A stretch of 64,000 nt of DNA from Candidatus Eiseniibacteriota bacterium (lineage in GTDB: Bacteria; Eisenbacteria; RBG-16-71-46; CAVPCR01). The stretch lies in NCBI GenBank assembly GCA_963823555.1, contig CAWGMA010000001.1, positions 1,728,001-1,792,000 of the forward strand, written 5' to 3'. Under the pieces are notes generated by a model. It saw nothing but the letters and a program-made list of their open reading frames with translations, did not search any database and was not told the origin of the DNA. Both the position numbers and the translations under genes were made by a program. Positions 53,018 through 62,694 of the stretch are shown piece after piece. The first letter of the stretch is position 1, and each line of letters opens with the position of its first letter.

Positions 53018-54658
53018 CTAACGCCTTCGCCGGCGAGTCTTGCCCGCCGCCGCGACCTTGGCTTTCTTCATCCCCGTTATGAAGTCGAGCACTCCATCTG
53101 CCTCCGCCACATCATCTTCCGGTGATTCCTCGACCTTCTCCCGGGCTCTTTCACGAGGCTCTGCGTCAGCAGTCGCCTCCGCCGGCGGGGCCGGTTCGAC
53201 CGGGTCGCCTCGACGTGGCAGGCGCGGTGGGCGCCGGCCGAAGCGGGGCGCCGCCTCCTGATCGCGTCCCGTGGCGCGCATCGCCGAGGGCTCGCCGGGC
53301 TCGAGATCGGGAGCCTCCTCGCCCCCATAGCGCTCGCTATCGCGCATGGGACCCTCCTCCCAGCCGCGGCTCCAGGGAGTGGCGTTGGGAGAAACAGGAG
53401 TCTCCTCGACCGGCTCGGGACCGAGGGGTGGCCTCTTGGCCTCCAGCTCGCCCATCACGTTCTCGCCGGCGACGTCTGCGCCCGGAGGCTCTGACTCGCG
53501 ACGGCGCCCGCGGCCGCCACGGCGGCCGCGGCGACGGCGGCGGCGAACCGCATCATCGCCAGCGCCTTCCTCATCACCTGCCTCCCGGCCTTCAAGCTCC
53601 TCCGGCATCGCGGGGACTGGTTCGTACTCCCCGAAGTCAGGAAGATCGGGCATTTCGAGAGCCTCGTCGGCCGGGCTCTCACCGGATCGCAGTTCACCGC
53701 GCGCCGGGATCATCTCGGCCGCGCCGGGCCGGCGTGCGCGCCCGCGTCGCAGCCGATCGAGGCGCTCCGAACGCTCTTCCGGCTCCGGGCGCTCGGGACG
53801 TTCGTCGCGCTCGACCCGAGATCCCCGAGTCACGCGTTCGCCGCGCGCCGCCCGTTCACCGCGAGCTCCGCGCTCTCCGCGAGCCCCACGGGCAACACGC
53901 TCGCCGCGGTCGCGGCGGCCGCGACGATCTCGCGGCTCCGGTTGCTCCTCTTCGGTTCCGAGTTCATCGAGCTCGACCCCCAGATCGGACAGCTCCATCT
54001 CCTCGACGACGGCCTCATCGAGCCCGGCGGGTCCCGCGGGTGGCCGGCCGATGCCCTCGAGATAGTCGACATCGGCTGCGATCTCACTCGCTCCGTCGCG
54101 CTCCATCTCGGCATAGGCTACGGCCATGGCGCGGCCCAGGGCGACGAACATCGCCCGGCAGCGATTCTCATCATGAGCGCCGGACAGGATCCGGATATGG
54201 AGGCTTGCTCCCATACGATCCGCAAACGTACTGAGAAAGCGCTCGAGCAAATCCAGATCCATACCGCTCAGGCGCTTGCTGCGGAAGGTCGCTCCAAACT
54301 GGAAGACCGGTGGAGACACCAGATCGACGGCGGCGAGCACGAGGGCATCACCGACGGGTAGGATCGCGCTCCCGAACTGCCGGATGCGCGGCCGGGAACC
54401 CAGGATGCGGCGATAGGCTTCGGCCAGGGCGCTGGCCAGATCGTCAACCGCGTAGGAATCATCGGCGTGCTTGTTGACGCTCTGGGCCAGACGCAGGTCC
54501 GAGCCAGCGGAGGAGTTCATGAGCTCGAGGAGCTCGTTCAAGAGCGCGAACGGCGTCTCGATCGAAGCGCGGCCGGAGCCTTCCAGCCCGAGCTCGATTT
54601 CGACGTCCGTACCGCGCGTCCGTCGCTTGATGGCGACCCGACGTCTTTCTCTTCGCAT
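53018..54658 (-). CDS. Degenerate HisB/IGPD-fold domain (about 185 aa) fused to a ~360-aa R/G/E/P-rich disordered tail
   Basis: IGPD scaffold RRT.GTDVEIELGLEGSG...DL...I..FG.A..P..DAL...VD...LHI...G...A.F.ALGRAM, with the His/Glu ligands replaced; tail with RGER repeats and RRRRRRGRRGGRGRRR. Confidence 0.8.
   Translation of the reverse strand: MRRERRRVAIKRRTRGTDVEIELGLEGSGRASIETPFALLNELLELMNSSAGSDLRLAQSVNKHADDSYAVDDLASALAEAYRRILGSRPRIRQFGSAILPVGDALVLAAVDLVSPPVFQFGATFRSKRLSGMDLDLLERFLSTFADRMGASLHIRILSGAHDENRCRAMFVALGRAMAVAYAEMERDGASEIAADVDYLEGIGRPPAGPAGLDEAVVEEMELSDLGVELDELGTEEEQPEPRDRRGRRDRGERVARGARGERGARGERAARGERVTRGSRVERDERPERPEPEERSERLDRLRRGRARRPGAAEMIPARGELRSGESPADEALEMPDLPDFGEYEPVPAMPEELEGREAGDEEGAGDDAVRRRRRRGRRGGRGRRRESEPPGADVAGENVMGELEAKRPPLGPEPVEETPVSPNATPWSRGWEEGPMRDSERYGGEEAPDLEPGEPSAMRATGRDQEAAPRFGRRPPRLPRRGDPVEPAPPAEATADAEPRERAREKVEESPEDDVAEADGVLDFITGMKKAKVAAAGKTRRRRR
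53812..53910 (-). repeat. Coding tandem repeat with ~18-bp period (RGERxx)
   Basis: RGERVA RGA RGERGA RGERAA RGERVT RGSRVE; synonymous divergence between copies. Confidence 0.7.
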
Positions 54659-54738
54659 GGAATATCGGTTCCTGATCGGAAAGGGGCTCAATCGGGGCGG
54701 GGAGAGCCCTCGGCTAGGTCCATCTTCAAAGGCAGCCT

Positions 54739-54767
54739 AGTCTACCCGCCATGGGGCAGACCAGCAA
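54739..54767 (-). promoter_or_regulatory. Sigma-70-type promoter of the pseudo-hisB/murQ operon
   Basis: TTGCTG-N17-TAGACT, 80 nt upstream of ATG 54658. Confidence 0.6.
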
Positions 54768-54936
54768 GTCAGGGCTTGGGAACGCCAGCGGAGCTCCGGC
54801 GGGCAGGGGCCGCCCCCCAAGAGCTCGGGCCGGCGGCCCGGACCGGAGGCAGCCGCGGCAAATGGATCGGGGCGCCGCCAAACGCGGCGCCCCGATCGGC
54901 GTGCCAGGCGGATCAGACGCCCCGGCCCGGCTGGGG

Positions 54937-56506
54937 TTACTTCGACTCCTGCTCCGATACCTTGACCGCCGTGAAGAAGGTCGTGTCCCCGCGGCGAAGG
55001 AGGAGGAGCACCGTCTGACCCGACTCCACGTCCTTCATCACGTTGTTGAAGGCCTCAACCGACGGGACCTCCTTCCGGTTGACCTCCTTGATGAGGTCTC
55101 CGGCGCGGATGTTCTTGGTCGCTGCGGGACCGCTCCGGGCCACTCTCTCGACGACGACGCCGGCGTCACCCTCGTAGCCGAGCTCCTGGGCGAGTCCCGG
55201 GGTCAGCGACTGGATCTCGATCCCGAGCTGGGGGGCGGTCGCCGCCGGCGCCTGGCGATTGGGCGTGCCCTCGTTCTCGCCGCGGTTGAACGCCTCGCGC
55301 GGATTCGCCGGGCGCTCGCCCAGATCCACCGTGAGAGTCACGTCCTTCTTGTCGCGACGCACCTTGACCTTGACCGGACTCCCGGGATCCTGGGCCGCAA
55401 CCAGGGACTGCAGATGATCCGCGTCCTTCACTTCCTTGCCGTTGAACTCGAGCATCACATCGCCGTGCTTGAACCCGGCCTTCTCCGCCGGGCCGCCGGC
55501 GGTGAGGTCATTGACGATCACCCCGTGCCTGGAATCCAGCCCCATACTGGCCGCAAGATCGTCGTCGAGCGACTGGATCTGCACGCCCAGCCAGCCACGA
55601 ACCACCCGGCCGCGATTCAAGAGGTCATCCATGACCTTGCGCGCCATGCTGATCGGGAATGGCGAATCCGACTCCTTGATAGAAGCCGTTCCGCGTGGCG
55701 ATCGCCGTGTTGATCCCGACCAGCTCGCCCCGGACGTTGACCAGAGCCCCGCCTGAGTTTCCTGGATTGATCGCCGCATCGGTCTGGATGAAGTCCTCGA
55801 AATCGACGATACCCACCTGCGTGCGCCCCTTGGCGCTGACGATACCGGCGGTCACGGTGTGGGCGAGGTTCTCGGAGAAGGGGCTACCGACGGCAATGAC
55901 CCACTCGCCGACCTGGAGCAGGTCGGAATCGCCAAAGCGCACCGCCGGGAGGCCCGCGGCCTCCACCTTGATCAGAGCCACGTCGCTCTCGGGATCGGCA
56001 CCGACGACCGTCCCCTTGTACTCCTTGTCATCCATGAGGCGGACGGTGAGCTCCTCGGCATCCTGAACGACATGATTGTTGGTCAGGATGTACCCATCCT
56101 CGGAAACGATGACTCCGGAACCGAGACCGCGTGAACGCATGCCTTCGTCACCGCCGGGTCCCTGCCAGAACCGATTGAAATCGTCGCCGAAGAACTCACG
56201 GAAGGGGTGATTCTCCGGCAAGCCCGGCATCTCGCGGGATGCTGGCTGGATCACCTTCTCGGCGGAGATCGTCACCACGGACGGGTTGACGAGCTCGGCC
56301 ACCTTGACGAAGGCCTTGCTCAGCTGGTCCACGGCAGCGATTTCCTCCGGACCTGGGCCGCTGCCCCCCGTCAGATGACGAACCGCCTTGTTCTCCTCGC
56401 TCATGAGGGGGGAGGTCCACTCGAGGCCGGATGTGAGCATCACGCCCACGAGAATACCGCTTCCGATCAGCAGGGCAGCTAGCCCGGCGCGGCGCTTGCC
56501 ATTCAT
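54937..56506 (-). CDS. degP: DegP/HtrA serine protease with two PDZ domains, interrupted by an extra base near 55655
   Basis: GSGVI, TNNHVV, DVALI, IQTDAAINPGNSGG, GVGFAIP in one frame; continues ISMARKVMDDL...VRGWLGV and PDZ domains in another; junction GCC ATT CCC G ATC AGC. Confidence 0.9.
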
Positions 56507-56651
56507 ACTTTCCACTCCTCCTGCCATCTCGCGCCCGGCTCCGGGCGCCTTGGCTCCATCGCCGTGGGGGTGACCGCGTGAATCGCGGTGGCCGATGGAC
56601 AAACTCAAACGTTTATACCCAGCCGGCGGCGGCTGGGTTTCTGAAGGCTAC

Positions 56652-57083
56652 CTAGGTGCCATCAGGCGCACTGGACTCCCCCGCCACCCGGGAAGGGTCC
56701 GCAGGAGAATCGGTTTCCTCGGCCTCCTTCTCACCACCCTCCTCCTCGGCCGGGGTTCGCTCGGGGCCGACGGCAGACTCTCCGGCACCCACGGGTTCCG
56801 CTGGGGGCCCGGTCCCGGATTCCTCGTCCTTGAGCTCGTCCATGTAATTCATGCGGAGGTCCGTTAGGGCCTGCCGCAAGTAGCGCTCTTCATCCGCAGC
56901 GAGGTTGCCGCGCGTCTTGTGCTCGAGCATGCCGAGCGTGTCGATGGCGTGACGGGCGAGCTTCAAGTTGCGCTGGACACCCTCGGCGCCCGGGTCCTGG
57001 ATCTTGCCGAGGCCGATCCAGGCTGCCAGCCGGTACTCCTCCACGAGGAGCATGAACCGGTCCTTCGCCTCCTTGTCGTCCAT
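56652..57083 (-). CDS. DUF1844-family protein
   Basis: [11 protein letters not shown]...[28 protein letters not shown]...L.DLRMNY; GGAG SD. Confidence 0.85.
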   Translation of the reverse strand: MDDKEAKDRFMLLVEEYRLAAWIGLGKIQDPGAEGVQRNLKLARHAIDTLGMLEHKTRGNLAADEERYLRQALTDLRMNYMDELKDEESGTGPPAEPVGAGESAVGPERTPAEEEGGEKEAEETDSPADPSRVAGESSAPDGT

Positions 57084-57200
57084 ACCCGACTCCAGCCCGG
57101 AGGCCGGCCGCCGGCGACGATCGCGTCGCCAGCGGCCGCTCCCGCATGTTTGAGATCGCGGCGAGCCGCTCGCGGTTGGGCGAATCGGCTCGCCGCTTGG

Positions 57201-59122
57201 CTACTCGACGACCTCGTAGTCCGCTTCGACCGGTCCGTCGCCGGACTTGCCCGCGCCCTGCGCCTGACCCGCGCCGGCGCCTCCTGCCCCGTCAGCGGTT
57301 CCTCCCCCCCGGTCCCCGAACCACCAGCCGCCTGGTAGATCTCGGATCCGAGCTGGGAGCGCACGGTCGTGAGACGCTCGATCGCCGCCTTCAAGTCCGC
57401 GGCGTTGTCACCCTTCATCGCTTCGCGCAGGCTCTCGACCGCCTTCTCGACGTTGCGCCGGGTCTCGAGTCGCGCCTTGTCCCCGTGCTCCTTGAGCTCC
57501 TTCTCGGCCTGGTAGGCGAGCTGGTCGGCGCTGTTGCGGAGATCGATCACCTCTCGCTTGGCCTTGTCCTCGCTTGCATGCTGCTCCGCGGCGGACACCA
57601 TATTCTCGATCTCATCCTTCGAGAGACCGCTCGAGGCCTCGATGCGAATCGACTGCTGCTTCCCGGTGGCCTTGTCCTTGGCCGAGACCGAGAGGATCCC
57701 GTTGGCATCGATGTCGAAGGCCACCTCGATCTGCGGCATGCCGCGCGGTGCCGGCGGGAGCCCGGTCAGGTGGAAGCGGCCGATCGTGCGGTTGTCCGTC
57801 GCCATCGGGCGCTCGCCCTGCAGGACGTGGATCTCCACATCGGTCTGGTTGTCGGCCGCCGTCGAGAACACCTCGGACTTCCGGGTCGGGATGGTGGTGT
57901 TGCGCTCGATCAAGCGCGTGCAGACACCACCCAGGGTCTCGATGCCCAGCGAGAGCGGAGTCACGTCGAGGAGCACGACATCCTTGACCTCGCCGCTCAG
58001 GACACCGCCCTGGATGGCGGCGCCGATCGCCACCACCTCGTCCGGATTGACGCTCTTGTTGGGCTCCTTGCCGAACAGCTCGCGAACGAGCTCCTGCACC
58101 TTCGGGATGCGCGTCGAACCACCGACCAGGATCACCTCGTCGATGTCCGACGGCTTGACGCCGGCATCCGCCAACGCCTGCTTGCACGGCCCGACGGTGC
58201 GCTCGATCAGGTCATCGATCAGCTGCTCGAGCTTCGCCCGCGTCAGCTTGATGGTCATGTGCTTCGGACCGGTCTGATCAGCGGTGATGAAGGGCAGGTT
58301 GATCTCGGTCTCCGTGGTCGAGGACAGCTCGATCTTGGCCTTCTCCGCCGCCTCCTTCAGCCGCTGCAGCGCCATGACGTCCTTGCGCAGATCGATGCCC
58401 TCCTGCTTGAGGAATTCATCGGCCAGCCAGTCGATCACCCGCTGGTCGAAATCATCGCCACCGAGGTGCGTATCGCCGTTGGTCGACTTGACCTCGAACA
58501 CGCCCTCGGCCAGCTCGAGAATGGAGATGTCGAACGTCCCGCCACCAAGATCGTAGACAGCGATCTTCTCTTCCTTCTTCTTCTCGAGACCATAGGCCAG
58601 CGCCGCAGCGGTCGGCTCGTTGATGATGCGCTTGACATCGAGCCCGGCGATCACGCCGGCGTCCTTGGTGGCCTGACGCTGCGCGTCGTTGAAGTAGGCG
58701 GGGACCGTGACCACGGCCTCGGTGACGGTCTCTCCGAGATAGTCCTCCGCCGTCTGCTTCATCTTCTGCAGGATCATGGCCGAGATCTCGGGCGGCGTCA
58801 TGCGCCGGCCCTGCAGGTCGACGGCGGCGAGCCCGTTCTGCCCCTCGATCACCTTGTAAGGCACTTCCTCGATCTCGCGCGGCACCTCCGAGAACTGGCG
58901 CCCCATGAAGCGCTTGATCGAATACACCGTGTTCTGCGGATTGGTGACCGCCTGGCGCTTGGCGACCTGCCCCACCATCCGCTCACCCGACTTGCCGAAG
59001 GCCACCACCGACGGTGTCGTTCGCTGTCCCTCGGAATTGGTGATGACCGAAGGCTTCCCGCCCTCCATCACCGCCACGCACGAGTTGGTGGTTCCGAGGT
59101 CGATTCCGATGATCTTGCCCAT
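57201..59122 (-). CDS. dnaK: Chaperone DnaK; true C-terminus (...[12 protein letters not shown]) reached after a 1-nt indel in the G7 run at 57304-57310
   Basis: [53 protein letters not shown]; typical acidic DnaK tail in a shifted frame. Confidence 0.97.
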
Positions 59123-59195
59123 GCTTCGAATCCTTCCTTCCTGGGCGTGCCGATCTCGCCCCTGGACTTCCGGTCATCCATCCGCAGTAGGCAAG

Positions 59196-59211
59196 AGCAA
59201 TAGACATACCA
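59196..59211 (-). promoter_or_regulatory. Sigma-54 (-24/-12) promoter upstream of dnaK
   Basis: TGGTATGTCTATTGCT; exact GG-N10-GC with TGG and TTGCT, inside an AT-rich island. Confidence 0.7.
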
Positions 59212-59272
59212 CAATTGCCACAACTCTATCTGCCTATCATATCGATAGTTACATAATCAAGGCGAGCGCGCG

Positions 59273-59324
59273 GTTTCATAATGTAACGGGGCGAAGGCGC
59301 CCTCGGCTGCTGCATTTGGGAACA
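59273..59324. promoter_or_regulatory. Candidate enhancer (UAS) palindromes
   Basis: GTTTCA-TAA-TGTAAC (59273-59287) and degenerate GCTGCA-TTT-GGGAAC (59309-59323). Confidence 0.5.
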
Positions 59325-59354
59325 GCACAACCGGGGAGGGGCGCCCCGATCCGG

Positions 59355-60413
59355 CTAGTCGCGACGGGCGGTGATGCCGTGCTGCTTCATCTTCCGCCAC
59401 AAGGTCGTGCGGGAGATACCGAGACGCCGCGCGGTCAGGGAGACATTCCCGTTCAGATCGGCGAGGACCTGGGCGATGTGGGCCCGCTCCACGTCGGACA
59501 GGCTCCACTCGGATGGATAGCCGACCTCGAAGCCGTTTCGACCGGCGCCGGCGGAATCCACCTCCGCACTCTCCCCGGCCGCCCCGGTGCGGCGCGACGG
59601 CAGGAGAAAGGCGCTCTTGCTTGCACTGAACGTCGGCGGCAGGTTCTCGAGTGTGATCGTGTCGCCGTCGGCGAGCACCACCGCCCGTTGAATGGCGTTC
59701 TCGAGCTCGCGAACATTGCCCGGGTAGTCGTAGCGCATGAGCGCAACCTGGGCGTCGGGGGAAAAGCGATCCACGTCCTTGCCGAGATCACGACTCAGTC
59801 GTTCGGTGAAATACGCAGCGAGAATCGGGATGTCCTCCCGGCGCTCTCGCAGCGGCGGCAATTCGAGGTGGAAGACATTGAGCCGGTAGTAGAGATCCTC
59901 GCGGAGCATCCCCTTCCGGATGGCCTCGATCGGATCGCGGTTGGTGGCGGCGATGACGCGGACATCGACCCGCCGCACCTCGCTACCGCCGACCGGACGC
60001 ACCTCGCCGGTCTGGAGCACGCGGAGCAAGCGCACCTGGAGGTGGGGCGACATCTCGGCCACCTCGTCGAGGAACAGCGTACCGCCGTTGGCCTCGACGA
60101 ACAGCCCCCGGCGCTCACGATCAGCACCGGTGAAGGCGCCCTTGACGTGACCGAAGAGCTCGCTTTCGATCAGGTGTTCCGGGAAGGCCCCGGCATTCAC
60201 TGGCAGGAAGATCTCGGCGGCACGCGGGCTCAGCTGGTGGATGGCACGGGCCACGAGTTCCTTCCCCGTTCCTGACTCGCCGGTGATGAGCACCGTGGCA
60301 TCGGTCGGGGCGATCTTCTCGATGAGATGCAGGAGGCGCCGCATGCGAGGCGTGGCGCCGATGATGTCCAGCTCGAAGGAGCGGGGCTCTCGGTGCCCGG
60401 TGGGGTCTTTCAT
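59355..60413 (-). CDS. Sigma-54-dependent enhancer-binding protein lacking an N-terminal sensory domain
   Basis: IIG about 15 aa after the start; [52 protein letters not shown]; Fis-type [18 protein letters not shown]. Confidence 0.93.
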   Translation of the reverse strand: MKDPTGHREPRSFELDIIGATPRMRRLLHLIEKIAPTDATVLITGESGTGKELVARAIHQLSPRAAEIFLPVNAGAFPEHLIESELFGHVKGAFTGADRERRGLFVEANGGTLFLDEVAEMSPHLQVRLLRVLQTGEVRPVGGSEVRRVDVRVIAATNRDPIEAIRKGMLREDLYYRLNVFHLELPPLRERREDIPILAAYFTERLSRDLGKDVDRFSPDAQVALMRYDYPGNVRELENAIQRAVVLADGDTITLENLPPTFSASKSAFLLPSRRTGAAGESAEVDSAGAGRNGFEVGYPSEWSLSDVERAHIAQVLADLNGNVSLTARRLGISRTTLWRKMKQHGITARRD

Positions 60414-60611
60414 CGTGAAATGCACGGACCGATGGTAGCCACCGCACGGCAGGCGGTCAACGCGGCGAGGACCGGCGATCGGCCGGGAGAGAAAGTCGGG
60501 AGAGGGGGCCAAGACCCGGCGGCCGCCAGCGAGGCTCGGAAGTGGTATGATGCGGGGCTTCTAAGGGCTTCCCCGAGCCTACAGGGGGACATCCGGAGGA
60601 ACTCCGATCCC

Positions 60612-61622
60612 GTGATCCAGCGCCTAGAACCACCGGCCCACCTGATCGACCCGTTCGGTCGCCGCGTGCGCTACCTCCGCGTTTCGGTGACCGACCGCTG
60701 TAACCTGCGCTGCTCCTACTGCATGCCCGGCGGGCCCGACGAGTGGGAACCGCTGGCCGATCACTTGACCCCGATCGAGATCGAGCGCGTGCTCCGGGTA
60801 GCCGCGGGTCTCGGGATCGAGCGTGTGCGCTTGACCGGGGGAGAACCTCTCCTGCGCCCCGATCTCGTGGAGATCGCTGAACGCACCGGTGCCATCTCCG
60901 GGATCCAGGATCTGTCGCTGAGCACCAACGGGATCTTCCTGGCCCGGGTCGCCGGCGCCCTGCGCCGGGCTGGAGTCAACCGGGTCAACGTGAGCCTCGA
61001 TTCGCTCGATCCAGCCGTCTTCCATAGCGTCACCGGGCGCGATCGGCACCACGAGGTCATTTCCGGCATCGAGGCGGCGCTCGCGGCCGGGATGCATCCG
61101 GTGAAGCTCAACATCGTCCTCCTCAAGGGCGTGAACGGGCACGAGATCCTCGACTTCGTCGACTTCGCGCGGGAGACCGGCGTCTTTCTCCGCTTCATCG
61201 AGGAGATGCCGATGGGCACGGCGGATGCCTGGCATCCGGAGCGTTATCTATCCTGCGAGGCGATTCACCGGCAGATCGCGGCTGTTCATCCCCTCGAACC
61301 AGCCACCGCCCCCACCGGCAACGGCCCGGCCCAGGTCTACCGGATCCGTGGCACGGAGACCATGCTCGGCTTCATCACGCCGATCAGCGACAACTTCTGC
61401 TCCGCCTGCAACCGCATGCGGATCACGCCCGATGGCACCATCCGGCCATGCCTCTCCCCCTGCGATGAGCTCGATCTCCGCCATCCGCTGCGCAACGGCG
61501 GCGGCGATGAAGCGATCGCCGCTCTGTTCCACCGAGCTGTGACGATCAAACCCGAACGTCATGACTTCCAGTGGCAGGAGCGCCGGGTGATGTTCCGGAC
61601 CATGTCGCAGATCGGCGGCTAG
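60612..61622 (+). CDS. moaA: GTP 3',8-cyclase
   Basis: YLRVSVTDRCNLRCSYCMP, RLTGGEP, NVSLDSL, FCSACNRMR...C, MSQIGG; GTG start. Confidence 0.96.
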   Translation: MIQRLEPPAHLIDPFGRRVRYLRVSVTDRCNLRCSYCMPGGPDEWEPLADHLTPIEIERVLRVAAGLGIERVRLTGGEPLLRPDLVEIAERTGAISGIQDLSLSTNGIFLARVAGALRRAGVNRVNVSLDSLDPAVFHSVTGRDRHHEVISGIEAALAAGMHPVKLNIVLLKGVNGHEILDFVDFARETGVFLRFIEEMPMGTADAWHPERYLSCEAIHRQIAAVHPLEPATAPTGNGPAQVYRIRGTETMLGFITPISDNFCSACNRMRITPDGTIRPCLSPCDELDLRHPLRNGGGDEAIAALFHRAVTIKPERHDFQWQERRVMFRTMSQIGG

Positions 61623-61639
61623 CGTCCTCGGAGGAGCCG

Positions 61640-62200
61640 TTGGCAAGACGAGCCGCAGGAACCGAGGCGAAAGGCACCCGCCGACCCCGCCCCGTACGCA
61701 CGACCTCACCCCTCACCCACCTCACCGCGCGCGGCGAGGCCCACATGGTGGATGTCGGCGCCAAACCGATCACCCCACGCGAAGCCAGAGCCCGAGCCCG
61801 GGTTCGCCTGAGCGAAGCGGCGATGGTGGCCCTCGCCTCGGGCCAGATCGAGAAGGGCGACGCGCTGGCCGTCGCCCGCCTCGCCGGCATCCAGGCCGCC
61901 AAGCGCACGGCTGACTGGATCCCGCTCTGCCATCCGCTGCCGCTCGACCACGTCGCGATCACGGTCGATCTCGATCACCGCGACCACACGGCCACGATCA
62001 CGAGCCTGGTCCGCACCACGGCCCGCACCGGCGTTGAAATGGAGGCACTCGTCGCGGCGGCGGCTGCGGCGCTCGCTCTCTTCGACATGCTCAAGGCGAT
62101 CGATCGGAGCCTCGTCATCGAGGAGCTCCTCGTCCTCGAGAAGCGCGGGGGGAAGAGCGGCCACTTCGTGCATCCCAGCACGCGCCGGGCCGGGCCATGA
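61640..62200 (+). CDS. moaC: Cyclic pyranopterin monophosphate synthase (TTG start after GGAGGAG; start uncertain)
   Basis: LTH...MVDV, KGD, AGIQAAK, IPLCHP, TGVEMEAL, DMLKA, EKRGGKSG. Confidence 0.95.
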   Translation: MARRAAGTEAKGTRRPRPVRTTSPLTHLTARGEAHMVDVGAKPITPREARARARVRLSEAAMVALASGQIEKGDALAVARLAGIQAAKRTADWIPLCHPLPLDHVAITVDLDHRDHTATITSLVRTTARTGVEMEALVAAAAAALALFDMLKAIDRSLVIEELLVLEKRGGKSGHFVHPSTRRAGP

Positions 62201-62694
62201 AGGTCGCGATCCTCACGGTGTCCGACGGCGTCAGCGCCGGAGCGCGGGAGGATTCTAGCGGACCGGCCATCCGCCGCCTGGTGGAGGCCGCCGGGCACGT
62301 GGTGGTCGCCGCCCAGGTGGTCCCCGACGAAGCCTGTGCCGTGAGCCGATTCCTGATCGAGCTTGCCGACAGCGGTCAGGCGGAGATCATCCTCACGACG
62401 GGCGGCACCGGAATGGCGCCTCGCGATGTGACCCCCGAGGCCACGCGCGCCGTGATCGATCGCGAGGCTCCGGGCATCGCCGAGGCCATGCGCTCCCTGT
62501 CCATGCGGCACACTCCGCTGGCCTCGCTGTCGCGGGCCGTGGCCGGCATCCGCGGCCGCGTGCTCATCGTCAACTTGCCCGGTAGTCCGCGCGCCGTCGA
62601 GGAGTGCCTGACCCCCTTGCTCGGTCCACTCGCCCATGGCATCGCGCTCCTCCAGGATCGGGCGAGCGGACATCCCCGACCCGGCCATGAGTAG
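62197..62694 (+). CDS. Molybdopterin adenylyltransferase, MogA/MoaB family
   Basis: ILTVSD, REDSSG, VVPDE, TTGGTG..PRDVTPEAT, LSRA.AG, NLPGSP. Confidence 0.93.
   Translation: MKVAILTVSDGVSAGAREDSSGPAIRRLVEAAGHVVVAAQVVPDEACAVSRFLIELADSGQAEIILTTGGTGMAPRDVTPEATRAVIDREAPGIAEAMRSLSMRHTPLASLSRAVAGIRGRVLIVNLPGSPRAVEECLTPLLGPLAHGIALLQDRASGHPRPGHE

Noticed and set aside
56963..57200. DnaK with a novel Arg-rich C-terminal extension (719-aa ORF)
   Set aside because: The canonical tail VEADYEVVE* lies in another frame after a homopolymer; the extension is a frameshift product.
57146..59203. 685-aa plus-strand ORF opposite dnaK
   Set aside because: Well-known antisense shadow ORF of dnaK in GC-rich genomes; no independent motifs.
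60540..60611. Moco riboswitch upstream of moaA
   Set aside because: The leader after the extended -10 (TGGTATGAT) is only about 60 nt and I could not match the motif; cmsearch with the Rfam Moco model would settle it.
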